Virus record (IMG/VR): IMGVR_UViG_2706795740_000001
Coordinates: 32,001 to 96,000 of that record
From: a virus
Taxonomy: Duplodnaviria; Caudoviricetes
Length of the DNA: 64,000 nucleotides
Strand: one strand, 5' to 3'
The position numbers and the translations under genes were made by a program. Below, one piece after another: positions 30,892-39,584 of this stretch (the first letter of the stretch is position 1; each line of letters starts with the position of its first letter). The notes under the pieces are model-generated. The model was not told the DNA's origin, ran no database searches, and saw only the letters and a program-made list of their open reading frames with translations.

Positions 30892-31452
30892 ATGAAAAAG
30901 GGTATCATGAAAAAGGGTATTGTATCAACAGTTTTAACACTTAGCTTATTAGCTCCGGCGACAGGGGCGTTTGCAGAAGAAAGTCGCAGTAACTATGATT
31001 ACAACATCGAAGAGAGCTTAAAACTACGAGAGTCTGAAGATTCTGAAGAAGATGCACTCTTAGATTTAAGAGTGCCATCTGAAAGCAGAGGAATATCTGC
31101 ACAAGGAATTGATATCTTGTCAGCCTACGGTAAAGTTCTTTTTGAAGCTGATTTTAAAGTCAAAAAGAACTTTCAATTACCTTACACTGTACGTATAAAA
31201 GATAGCGATAACGATTCCATACGAATTATGACTGACACAGAGAGATATACCAGTAGTAATGACGAGTTCACAGTCCTATTAGAAGCATATAATGATCGTT
31301 CTGAATCTTGGTATATAGTAGACCGTGTAACTTGCAAAGTCGGTCAAAAAATGTACGAACATTTCTACGACCTCAAAACATATGAAGAGTATCGCTTGAC
31401 AATAAAAGGTAATGTCCAAGGTACTATCACTGTTTTCCAACAAACTAGATAA
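30892..31452 (+). CDS. Secreted protein
   Basis: Sec signal peptide ending AFA; divergent from the lipoprotein. Confidence 0.7.
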   Translation: MKKGIMKKGIVSTVLTLSLLAPATGAFAEESRSNYDYNIEESLKLRESEDSEEDALLDLRVPSESRGISAQGIDILSAYGKVLFEADFKVKKNFQLPYTVRIKDSDNDSIRIMTDTERYTSSNDEFTVLLEAYNDRSESWYIVDRVTCKVGQKMYEHFYDLKTYEEYRLTIKGNVQGTITVFQQTR

Positions 31453-31457
31453 ATGTA

Positions 31458-31487
31458 ATAGACCGCCAGACAGGGCGGTCTTTATTA
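31458..31487. terminator. Bidirectional terminator
   Basis: AGACCGCC-loop-GGCGGTCT between convergent genes. Confidence 0.65.
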
Positions 31488-31495
31488 TTCAATGT

Positions 31496-32089
31496 TTAGT
31501 TAACTAATTTAACAAGAATTTCTTTGAAAGAAGAGTATTCAGTTAAGCTATAAGCATCCGCATCTTTGTAAAAGTAGTTTAAACTTAAATCATCAATACT
31601 ATTCAATCTATTTCTAAGTCCTTGAAGCTCTTCTTCCTTCCGATTAACTTCAATTCTTATTTTTTCAGCCTCATCATCAGGGATAGAGTAGCAAGTGAAA
31701 GAAGCTCTCGGAGACTTACCACTTTGATTGATAAGAATAACATACTCATTATCTTCATCTCTACGAGGGTCATCGTAAAGAAATAATGTTGATAGGCTTC
31801 CAAAAAAAGGGTAAGAAGCTTCATATGTAACTAGAGAATAGGATAAATTATGGTACGTAGCTTCAATAATTTTTTTCTTATATCTAACACCGTCAGAAAC
31901 TTCTACTTCATTTTTAGTAGAAGTCGAAAATCCTAAAGAGTGAAAGTATTCCTCAAACTCTTTGTTTGCCATTTCAATACTTTTTTCAATTTTCGGAAGC
32001 CTTTTCTTTGAAATTTCTGCGTATGCGTCCTCAATTTGTTTCTTTAAGTCTTCCAATTCCATTTTCAATTTTAACATAATCTCGACCAC
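31496..32089 (-). CDS. Hypothetical coiled-coil protein
   Basis: 197-aa ORF, AT-rich. Confidence 0.6.
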   Translation of the reverse strand: MVEIMLKLKMELEDLKKQIEDAYAEISKKRLPKIEKSIEMANKEFEEYFHSLGFSTSTKNEVEVSDGVRYKKKIIEATYHNLSYSLVTYEASYPFFGSLSTLFLYDDPRRDEDNEYVILINQSGKSPRASFTCYSIPDDEAEKIRIEVNRKEEELQGLRNRLNSIDDLSLNYFYKDADAYSLTEYSSFKEILVKLVN

Positions 32090-32141
32090 CTTCTATATAT
32101 TGTTGTTAGAGTCTAAGTAGACACTACATATTGATTTAAGT

Positions 32142-32269
32142 GTATCATATATTCCAAAGTATGTAAACTTTATTGATATAATATTTGTATTTGTTTACAT
32201 AATTAATATTATGTACATTGACCGTGTGCTTTACTTTTATAAGTTTACATAATCTTTATTATCGGACTC
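32142..32269. other. dif-like Xer recombination sites (32242-32269 best; 32192-32219; half-site in 32142-32169)
   Basis: Reverse complement of 32242-32269 is GAGTCCGATAA-TAAAGA-TTATGTAAACT; its right arm equals the B. subtilis dif arm; 11-6-11 geometry. Confidence 0.7.
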
Positions 32270-32389
32270 ATCGAAATGTTCACTAAAAAAAGAAATAGAC
32301 CACATAGCTGTGGTCTACTCTTTAGGTGTTTTCGCTTTGTTGATTGGTTACTTTTAGTTTAGCACAATATCCTTTATAAAGCTATCAAA

Positions 32390-33190
32390 TTACTCATCGA
32401 GGGCTTTCAATGCCAAAATAGCTGTTTCTATTTGCCTATCATCAGGCTCGGCGGTTGAAATGTACTTTTGAACAAAGCCGCCCAAGGCTAAGAATGGTTT
32501 TGAAATAATATTACCCTCAAGCCTAAAAATCTCATAACTTAATGATAAACTCAATAACAGATTCAAAAGTGGCATGTATGGAAACAAAATCATTAATATG
32601 ATTAATACGACTACTGCCATAGCTATGAGGTTAGTGCCACAATTATCGGATACTCGACTCATCTTCCTTACATTATCAACTGTTAAATCTACACCGGCAC
32701 TAAAAGCGTTATACGCCATATGCTCTGCCCCATGATACCTAGACAGCTTGCTAAATCTTATTACCGCCAAGCCAACAAATAATACAATGAATAGACTTAA
32801 TATAATGAAATAGACAATATAGTTAAGGGAAATGGGAATCATTATTTTAATTTCTGGATGGGTTTCTGGAAACCATTTACCTATGATAAATATATAAGCC
32901 CACATGCAGGCGACAATACTATAGAATATTCGTATTTTTCTTTCTGCCAGTATTAACTGCCCCATGACAGCTAGCCCCATGACAGCTAGCCCTCTAATAA
33001 AAGGGATTCTTTCAAAGAAACTTAAAAAGTGTACTCTTTGTTCGATTCTCTTTTTACGTTTCACTTCTATTGCACCGCTTGAGGATAGTGTAGCTTTTGA
33101 AACATAGTGGTCACTAAAAAACATGACACCGTTCAAGCTTGCTCTGCCCCCGTTTATGTCTGTTGGTAATAGCATTCTATCAAACCTCAC
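32390..33190 (-). CDS. DUF1385 (YqhQ-like) membrane protein
   Basis: GGRA..GVM, PFIRG, YHGAEH, CGTN, TAEPDDRQIE motifs. Confidence 0.8.
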   Translation of the reverse strand: MRFDRMLLPTDINGGRASLNGVMFFSDHYVSKATLSSSGAIEVKRKKRIEQRVHFLSFFERIPFIRGLAVMGLAVMGQLILAERKIRIFYSIVACMWAYIFIIGKWFPETHPEIKIMIPISLNYIVYFIILSLFIVLFVGLAVIRFSKLSRYHGAEHMAYNAFSAGVDLTVDNVRKMSRVSDNCGTNLIAMAVVVLIILMILFPYMPLLNLLLSLSLSYEIFRLEGNIISKPFLALGGFVQKYISTAEPDDRQIETAILALKALDE

Positions 33191-33328
33191 TCTTATTATG
33201 AATAATACAGTATAAATGGAACGATCACTGTAATTGTACCAAAGGTATTATACTATATAGTATACCATTAATTCCCACAGAAAAGAGCTTTTCATAGGCA
33301 CTCTGTGATATAATTTAGAAAGAAAAAC

Positions 33329-33898
33329 TTGGGAGTTGAACATATGCCGCCTATATGGAAAAGAAGCCCTGTTAATGAAAATCCGTTGGGTTACCGTAAG
33401 CACGAAGTACCCGCTGAACGCATTGACCAAATTCAAGAATATTTAATCAGTAACACTTTAAGAGTTTACTGTGACACCTCTTACAGACAAAATGAAGGAA
33501 TATATGGGGTGGCAAGTTCATTTGTTGGATTCAACTCGGTGATTGTACATGATGATAAAATCTATTCAAAGTTGGTTGCTCACTCCATCTTTGGGGAACT
33601 TTGTGCTTTGAAGCTCGCACTTCTGAAACTACCGAAACATGTTACAAATATACAACGGCCGGATGGGGTAATTCTATTTTCTGACCACGATAAGATTCAA
33701 TACATCTTAGAAAACAGTGTACGTAAGTATAAAGTGATAATAGACCCGATTATCACTGAAATCAATTCTCTCCTGCACCAATTAAAGGTGTCACTTAATG
33801 TAGATATAGAGATTCGATACCTTGGGGCGGATAAAAGGCACAATCCGTTTTACAAGTCGGCACATAATGCTTCCAGAAAAGCTATCGGAATATTATAG
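33329..33898 (+). CDS. RNase H-like protein
   Basis: VYCDTS...GELCAL...ILFSD acidic motifs; last Asp apparently replaced (AHNAS). Confidence 0.6.
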   Translation: MGVEHMPPIWKRSPVNENPLGYRKHEVPAERIDQIQEYLISNTLRVYCDTSYRQNEGIYGVASSFVGFNSVIVHDDKIYSKLVAHSIFGELCALKLALLKLPKHVTNIQRPDGVILFSDHDKIQYILENSVRKYKVIIDPIITEINSLLHQLKVSLNVDIEIRYLGADKRHNPFYKSAHNASRKAIGIL

Positions 33899-33981
33899 CT
33901 ACCACTAATTCAAAATTAATGGCATTTGTAATACCAAATATGGATGGATATAATAGAGTGGGTTGTAGGTGAATTACAAAT

Positions 33982-34029
33982 AAGAATAAGACCTTCCTTA
34001 GTCTGCAAATTAGGGAAGGTCTTATTCTT
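33982..34029. terminator. Long bidirectional terminator at the last +/- convergence
   Basis: AAGAATAAGACCTTCC...GGAAGGTCTTATTCTT inverted repeat. Confidence 0.75.
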
Positions 34030-34100
34030 TAATACTCATGTTTGGCATGTTCATTTTAGTTCTGTTTAGACCTCCCTTGAGCTGACAACCTGGGGGAAGT

Positions 34101-34625
34101 CTATTTCTTCAGCAAGTCTTTTTTGAGCCGCCCCTTGGCTACGTATTGAGATTCTCCATGTAATCTAGCATATTTGATCATGGTGTTGTAAATAGTTAAT
34201 CTTACTTCACTGCTTTCAAAAGTTCCAGCAATTTCTATCAAGTTCTGCAACAACTCGTTGGTACTTTTTTTGGAGTTTTCAAGAAATTTCATTGCTACTT
34301 TTTCTATCAGCGAGAGATTTGAAAACTCAGCAACCTCAGTCAAGAAGTCGTTTAGAATTGCATTTCGATGCTCAAGTTCAATATAGCATTCGATGACTTC
34401 CTCATAAGGCATCCCTAGCACATCTGCGATAGGTTTTATATACTTCATTCTAGGGCTTTTTATCTCACCTGTTTCTATTTTCGATATAGTGCTTTTAGGG
34501 ACTCCAGAGATTCTCCCTAATTCCGATAAGCCGACCTCCTTCTCTTCCCTTTTCTTTCTTATCAGTTCGCCTATTGTTGTGTAGTTTAGGTTGTGATCCA
34601 TGCCGATCTCCTTTCGAATCTTCAC
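34101..34625 (-). CDS. XRE-family HTH regulator with truncated helical (TPR-like) region
   Basis: IGELIRKKRE..SELGRISGVPKSTISKIETG HTH; helical C-terminal part ends at YVAKG-RLKK. Confidence 0.8.
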   Translation of the reverse strand: MKIRKEIGMDHNLNYTTIGELIRKKREEKEVGLSELGRISGVPKSTISKIETGEIKSPRMKYIKPIADVLGMPYEEVIECYIELEHRNAILNDFLTEVAEFSNLSLIEKVAMKFLENSKKSTNELLQNLIEIAGTFESSEVRLTIYNTMIKYARLHGESQYVAKGRLKKDLLKK

Positions 34626-34825
34626 ATATTTCTTTGTAATCTTTTATCAAGCTTAACTTTATATTGACATTAATGTATAATTATGTAAATGTCAATAAAA
34701 ATTAATAGATTGATTTACTTTTCTTTATTTAAACCTAATTAATATATTAATATACAAATACCGCATTATCATATATGCCCTTAAATATAAAAGAGACTAC
34801 CTTCTTCAAGGTAGCCTTCTCCATC

Positions 34826-34963
34826 TTACTGTTCGCCGTAGAAACATTGTCGGCAGAAATATTCAATATCTCCTTTAGCATCTAGGGTTTCTTGGATATC
34901 TACCTCATCTTCATGGTTTCCGCATTGAATGCAGACGATGGTTTTAATAGTTCTATACGGCAT
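34826..34963 (-). CDS. 45-aa CxxC/CxxC zinc-ribbon protein (not in ORF track)
   Basis: GGAGG RBS; MPYRTIKTIVCIQCG...FCRQCFYGEQ. Confidence 0.6.
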   Translation of the reverse strand: MPYRTIKTIVCIQCGNHEDEVDIQETLDAKGDIEYFCRQCFYGEQ

Positions 34964-34974
34964 ATAGTTACCTC

Positions 34975-35589
34975 CTAGTATCGTGTTACGGTAGCGTAGG
35001 CGGGGATAAATTTGAGCGGTCGTTCTGTGCTTTCGATAGCATGATTACGGTAAGAAAGGTTTCTTTCTTCGGCAATAGGTATAAACTTAGCCAGTAACTT
35101 GCGTGTCATCTCCACATCCTTGGTCGCTTTATGATGGCCTTCTGCGTCATAGAAACCATGACGCTTTGCTACGTCCTCTAAAGAAGCCTTTTCATTTGGC
35201 TCAACTAGCCTACTCAGTACCCGCGTACAAATAAACTTATGTGGGTACAGGCCATAGTTGTGTAAGAAGCCGAAGTCAAATGGCGTGTGGTGGGATACAA
35301 CAATCGGCTCAAGCTCATTATCGTTGTTGTTGTAAATGAACTCCCACAAGCCTTTAATGGCATGTCCCTCAGATATGCCGTTCCTATTCAAGAACTCATC
35401 AGTAAGGCCAGTTAGATTTTTAACTAATGTCGATAGTGATCGGCCATTTTCTAATTGTACATAAGCATGATATGAGCCTATAACATTGAAATCAGGGCTA
35501 ACTCGGATAGCCGCAATCTCTGTTACTTGCTCTATATCATAATCTAATCCTGTAGTTTCAAAGTCGATAATGACGTAGTTGGGTCTCAT
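34975..35589 (-). CDS. DnaQ-like DEDDh 3'-5' exonuclease
   Basis: IIDFETTG, HHTPFD, HKATKD motifs. Confidence 0.9.
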   Translation of the reverse strand: MRPNYVIIDFETTGLDYDIEQVTEIAAIRVSPDFNVIGSYHAYVQLENGRSLSTLVKNLTGLTDEFLNRNGISEGHAIKGLWEFIYNNNDNELEPIVVSHHTPFDFGFLHNYGLYPHKFICTRVLSRLVEPNEKASLEDVAKRHGFYDAEGHHKATKDVEMTRKLLAKFIPIAEERNLSYRNHAIESTERPLKFIPAYATVTRY

Positions 35590-35590
35590 G

Positions 35591-35890
35591 CTATACCTCC
35601 ATTAGATAGGTTTTAATGTAATCTTCAAGTTGATCAAGCCAGCTATCTATCGCTTTCTTCGCTAGAGCACTGCTGAAGCGTCCCAATTCTTTTTCGTCAT
35701 ACATGACCACTACCGTAGGAATGAACTTGATTTCAGAACTAAGGGAAGGTGCATGCTCAATCTTCTCGACCTTGACATGGCATCTCTCTTTGGCAATCTT
35801 GTCGATTGTCTTATCAATCCTACGGCAGTGGCCGCACGACTTGCTGTAGTAAAGCTTAAGTGTTAAGGGCTTGGTCAACATGGGCGGCAA
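35591..35890 (-). CDS. Thioredoxin-family protein
   Basis: CGHC motif, IPT cis-Pro. Confidence 0.75.
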   Translation of the reverse strand: MPPMLTKPLTLKLYYSKSCGHCRRIDKTIDKIAKERCHVKVEKIEHAPSLSSEIKFIPTVVVMYDEKELGRFSSALAKKAIDSWLDQLEDYIKTYLMEV

Positions 35891-36116
35891 TGACAGCTTC
35901 AGGCTGATCGCCTACAAAGCGGCCAACCTCCACCTCAGCCTTTACCAGCACTACTGTGGGGACGCTCATTACACTATGCTTCTCTGCAAGGCTAGGGTTC
36001 TGCTCAATATCAATTTCCTCGATAGTAAGACCACGTGCTTCAGCGATTTTTTCCAGCTTTAGAGTAAGTTGCTTGCATGGACTGCACCGCGTATCCAAAA
36101 AATTCAAGACTTGCAT
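35856..36116 (-). CDS. Thioredoxin-family protein
   Basis: CSPC motif, VMSVPT, GRFVG. Confidence 0.85.
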   Translation of the reverse strand: MQVLNFLDTRCSPCKQLTLKLEKIAEARGLTIEEIDIEQNPSLAEKHSVMSVPTVVLVKAEVEVGRFVGDQPEAVIAAHVDQALNT

Positions 36117-36162
36117 TTGATAGTACCTCCGATTGGTAAAATAAAAGGGGCAATTTGCCCCT

Positions 36163-36429
36163 TTAAAAATTGTTGAAAGCGTCTGTGAATGCTTGAAGGT
36201 CTGTAAGTTCAGACTCTTTCACATCTATTCGAACTTTGTTCGTACTTGTCGGGGCGAAGATTTCAACAGTGTATGTGATGATGTCTGTTCCGGCTTCGTC
36301 TATATCAGGTACAATATGCTTAATAGAGACAATTTTCACGATATAGAACACCTTACGACTGCTTGTCTCATTTGATACAATCGCCTTATCTCCTACACTG
36401 AACTTAGTGCTTACAATAATGTCGGCCAT
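36163..36429 (-). CDS. Hypothetical protein
   Basis: ORF in operon, followed by a terminator. Confidence 0.6.
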   Translation of the reverse strand: MADIIVSTKFSVGDKAIVSNETSSRKVFYIVKIVSIKHIVPDIDEAGTDIITYTVEIFAPTSTNKVRIDVKESELTDLQAFTDAFNNF

Positions 36430-36809
36430 TACTTGGATGCCTCCTCCATATCTTGAGTAGCTGTATGCAAGTTGTCTACTAGTTTCAATGCAGTGTTAAC
36501 TTGGTTGACTTGGCCTGCAAACTCATTGCGGCGGGCTTTAGCTTTAGCAAGAATGCTTTCGTGAACCCGAATGATTTCTTCAGCATCAGCTTCAATATCT
36601 TCCATAGTTGCCACACCGTTTTGAAGGCGATACTGCAACCCCAACAGTGCGTCCTTTGTATCAGCAACTTCAACTTCAGCCCAATGTAGTTTTTCGACCA
36701 ACTCAGCCATTGTCAAACTCTCGATGACCACTTTCTTACTAAAGACACCCCTAAAAACATTTGCAATTTTCATTAAATAATCCCCCGTTCTGGTTAGTTT
36801 ATCCCTCAT
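36429..36809 (-). CDS. Hypothetical coiled-coil protein (start possibly 36773)
   Basis: ORF downstream of promoter motif. Confidence 0.6.
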   Translation of the reverse strand: MRDKLTRTGDYLMKIANVFRGVFSKKVVIESLTMAELVEKLHWAEVEVADTKDALLGLQYRLQNGVATMEDIEADAEEIIRVHESILAKAKARRNEFAGQVNQVNTALKLVDNLHTATQDMEEASK

Positions 36810-36813
36810 TTTT

Positions 36814-36843
36814 TATGGTCGAACTAACATATTGATAAGTTGC
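36814..36843 (-). promoter_or_regulatory. Class I phage promoter
   Basis: GCAACT-N16-CGACCATA. Confidence 0.7.
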
Positions 36844-36860
36844 ACCTGCTGTGGTACGCT

Positions 36861-37817
36861 CTACATACTGGATTGTTGAATCGCTTTCTGTCGAATGTAG
36901 TACAAGACTCTTGTAGTGTACTGGCTAGTGGCATAGCCGCACACTTCAAGTAACTCAACAATGTCTTCAATACACATGAGTTCATTGCGCTCTTTTGTCT
37001 CCTGAGCAATGAGATTGATCTCTTTCTCATACTTGGAAGCGATTCTTCCTTTGTCTTCACTAGTATTAGTTTCCTTGGCCACCAGCTTATTGCGAATACG
37101 GGCCAAGGTTCTATTGACTGTCATTGGATAGACCTTAAGGCGTTCGGCTATTTGTGTGTTGTTAGCTTCATCCATGACAAGCCGCATGACTTGCCTCTCA
37201 AAGTCTGTGAACATAGGGTCAGCCAAGAGTTGTTGGATGTATACCCTATTAGTTACATCTTCTTCTATGTTCTTGTCTGGGGTATCGACAATGTCAAAGT
37301 TTACAATAGCGTCAAAGTGTTCTAATTCATCACTAAATCGGGCTATCTCTCTGTAACGTTCAACAGAAATCTTTAGTAGCTCTGACATCTCATCCTCGTT
37401 GGGGCGATATCCCAAAGTGTCCTCAATCTCCACCATTCTCTTGATGAGTTCAACAGCACCGCGACTTAATCGAACTGTTCTTGAGTCGCTGTAAAGAAGC
37501 TGATTGATTTCCCATAGGATTGGTCGCACAACAAATGTCGTGAACTTAATGCCCCTATTAAAGTCGAATTCCTGAAGGGCAGTTAGGATACCGATGTAAG
37601 CATGTTGCAAAAGCTCATCCTCTGATACCCTGAATTTTGCTTTCAGTTCTTCTATGCTTCCTTTGAAGTGCATGATAATAGAGAAGACAAAGTCTTTGTT
37701 CTCTTTTAAAAACTCACCAAGCAACTCCTTATCGGCTTTACATGCCCTGATAAGTTCCATGTTGTGCATATCAGGTATTTCTTCTTTTCTGAGTTGCAGG
37801 TAGTTGTTACTTAGCAC
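36861..37817 (-). CDS. Sigma-70 family (SigF/G/B-like) sigma factor with C-terminal extension
   Basis: DELLQHAYIG, FDFNRGIKFTTF region 2; region 4 HTH IAERLKVYPMTVNR. Confidence 0.85.
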   Translation of the reverse strand: MLSNNYLQLRKEEIPDMHNMELIRACKADKELLGEFLKENKDFVFSIIMHFKGSIEELKAKFRVSEDELLQHAYIGILTALQEFDFNRGIKFTTFVVRPILWEINQLLYSDSRTVRLSRGAVELIKRMVEIEDTLGYRPNEDEMSELLKISVERYREIARFSDELEHFDAIVNFDIVDTPDKNIEEDVTNRVYIQQLLADPMFTDFERQVMRLVMDEANNTQIAERLKVYPMTVNRTLARIRNKLVAKETNTSEDKGRIASKYEKEINLIAQETKERNELMCIEDIVELLEVCGYATSQYTTRVLYYIRQKAIQQSSM

Positions 37818-37819
37818 AC

Positions 37820-38416
37820 TTACTTCACCTCGAACTTTCTGTCTTGTCTGACTACCTTCAGAAAGTCCACAACCTCCCCATTCTGAGTAACTACAGCACC
37901 GTCACCAGTCACAGTCAAAGTCTTCTTGAAGTCTCCCCACTTTAGCTTAGGTTCTTGGGGTTCTACAAAACCACTGGCTTCCATGAACGCTTTATAGTTT
38001 GCTTCGTCTTTAATCTCAAAGCTTACTTGCGGTTGTGTAGATTTAAGAGTCACGCCATAAGGGAGTTTAATAGAATTGAGTTTCTTTTGAGCTTTTTCAT
38101 TAGGTGCGCTGTTGTATTCAGAGACATGGAAAGCCTTGAGCAATCCTGACATGTATTCAACTTTGGACTCAAGCGGACTCATCAAGGAATCGCGCCATTC
38201 TTCTACCTGCCGTATCTTGGCAGACCATTTCTCAATCTCCTGTTGAGCCAACCTACTAATCTCTTCAATTTCCTTTCTGGTCTCAGACAGCCCATAGGCG
38301 TAGCGAACCGCATCCTCCATTGTTTCGATTTTTCGTTGCACGCCTTGAGCTAGATCATGCTCAATTTCCTGAGATAATGTGTCATCCTCAAGTACAGGAG
38401 TACTAACAATACTCAT
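37820..38416 (-). CDS. Mu Gam-like host-nuclease inhibitor
   Basis: Coiled coil, SIKLPYG, LKWGDFKK, NGEVVD pattern. Confidence 0.75.
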   Translation of the reverse strand: MSIVSTPVLEDDTLSQEIEHDLAQGVQRKIETMEDAVRYAYGLSETRKEIEEISRLAQQEIEKWSAKIRQVEEWRDSLMSPLESKVEYMSGLLKAFHVSEYNSAPNEKAQKKLNSIKLPYGVTLKSTQPQVSFEIKDEANYKAFMEASGFVEPQEPKLKWGDFKKTLTVTGDGAVVTQNGEVVDFLKVVRQDRKFEVK

Positions 38417-38461
38417 TAAGTCAATCCCCTTTCCGTCTACAGTTTAATTCCTTACACTATC

Positions 38462-38491
38462 TATGGTCGGAGCATGGTGAACTAGAGTTGC
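38462..38491 (-). promoter_or_regulatory. Class I phage promoter
   Basis: GCAACT-N16-CGACCATA just downstream of a terminator. Confidence 0.75.
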
Positions 38492-38531
38492 GTGAGCAAA
38501 ATAAAGACCCCTATCACAAGGGGCCATTCGA

Positions 38532-38873
38532 TTACTTGAGCGGATATTTAATGAGGCCTTCCTTAAGGCGCTCCTTTGCCGAGTTAGAAGGTTTAATTGT
38601 TACAGCGCGATAAGGCTCGATGGTCATAGGCTCTCCCGATTGTGGGTTTTTCACGTGCTTTGCCTTATAATCGCGTGGCTCGAAGTTAAAGTTGTTAATT
38701 AAGTAGACTTTATTGCCTTTAACAAGATTATCAAGAATACTATCCAAACCTTTTCGCATAACACGCTCCACATCGTTAAGATGTATCTCGTTTAGTGCAG
38801 AGTTCTGGCATGCTTCCTCCTTTAGGGCTTCGGTTGTCTCACGAACGATATCTTTAAGAAATTTTTTATTCAT
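38532..38873 (-). CDS. HU-like DNA-binding protein
   Basis: MNKK.., GNKVYL..F, KNPQSGEPMTI arm motif. Confidence 0.85.
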   Translation of the reverse strand: MNKKFLKDIVRETTEALKEEACQNSALNEIHLNDVERVMRKGLDSILDNLVKGNKVYLINNFNFEPRDYKAKHVKNPQSGEPMTIEPYRAVTIKPSNSAKERLKEGLIKYPLK

Positions 38874-38906
38874 AACCAGTACTTCCTTTCCTTAATGTGC
38901 TATACC

Positions 38907-38937
38907 CAATATAAGGAAGCGTCTTGGTTTCTTAACA
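38907..38937 (-). promoter_or_regulatory. Putative late promoter TGTTAAG-N15-CTTATATTG upstream of HU
   Basis: Boxes identical to 14731..14761. Confidence 0.65.
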
Positions 38938-38948
38938 GTATTGTGTAA

Positions 38949-39581
38949 TTATCTGTCGATTGTCGCTAATGCTTTCTTCACTAACGTTAAATACCTTGTG
39001 TTGTATGTTCCCCTAGACACGTTACCCTCTCCTTGGTTATAAGCAACAATGCCCAAGTCCTTCCCGAAACGCTTCTGATTGTAGGCTAGGTACTTACAAC
39101 CAATCTCTATGCTAACTCTTGGATTTTTCCGATCTCCCTTGATTCCCATGTACTCTTGGGTCTTGGGGCGGACTTGCAACAAACCTACATCATTGGCCCT
39201 TCCTACCAAGTTAGGGTTGAATGTTCTACCTGTTTCGACTTGAATCATAGCCAAGATAGTATACGGGTCAACCCCGTAGGCTTCGCTGTACTTCAGGATA
39301 AAAGAAGCCCACTCTTTTGCAGTACCCTTAGCTACTTTGTGTTTGACTAAATGATTGGCAATATTCTGTTCAATGGCGGGTATTTGCTTTACAGGCGCAG
39401 GTTTTGGCTGAACCACTGCCTCTTGAATAGCCTTCGGGCTTTCCTTTTCATTCCCCCTAGAAACTAGCGGCCCTACCTTGAGTACACTTTTTGTCGCCGT
39501 AGCCTGAGGTTTGACCTCTTCTTGCGGGGAGCAAGCAGTAATTGTCATGGCAATAGCCACTGTCGTCATTAATTTTTTCAT
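38949..39581 (-). CDS. Lytic transglycosylase (SLT), lipoprotein
   Basis: Lipobox ITAC; AMIQVET, GLLQV, AYNQG motifs. Confidence 0.85.
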   Translation of the reverse strand: MKKLMTTVAIAMTITACSPQEEVKPQATATKSVLKVGPLVSRGNEKESPKAIQEAVVQPKPAPVKQIPAIEQNIANHLVKHKVAKGTAKEWASFILKYSEAYGVDPYTILAMIQVETGRTFNPNLVGRANDVGLLQVRPKTQEYMGIKGDRKNPRVSIEIGCKYLAYNQKRFGKDLGIVAYNQGEGNVSRGTYNTRYLTLVKKALATIDR

Positions 39582-39584
39582 TTA

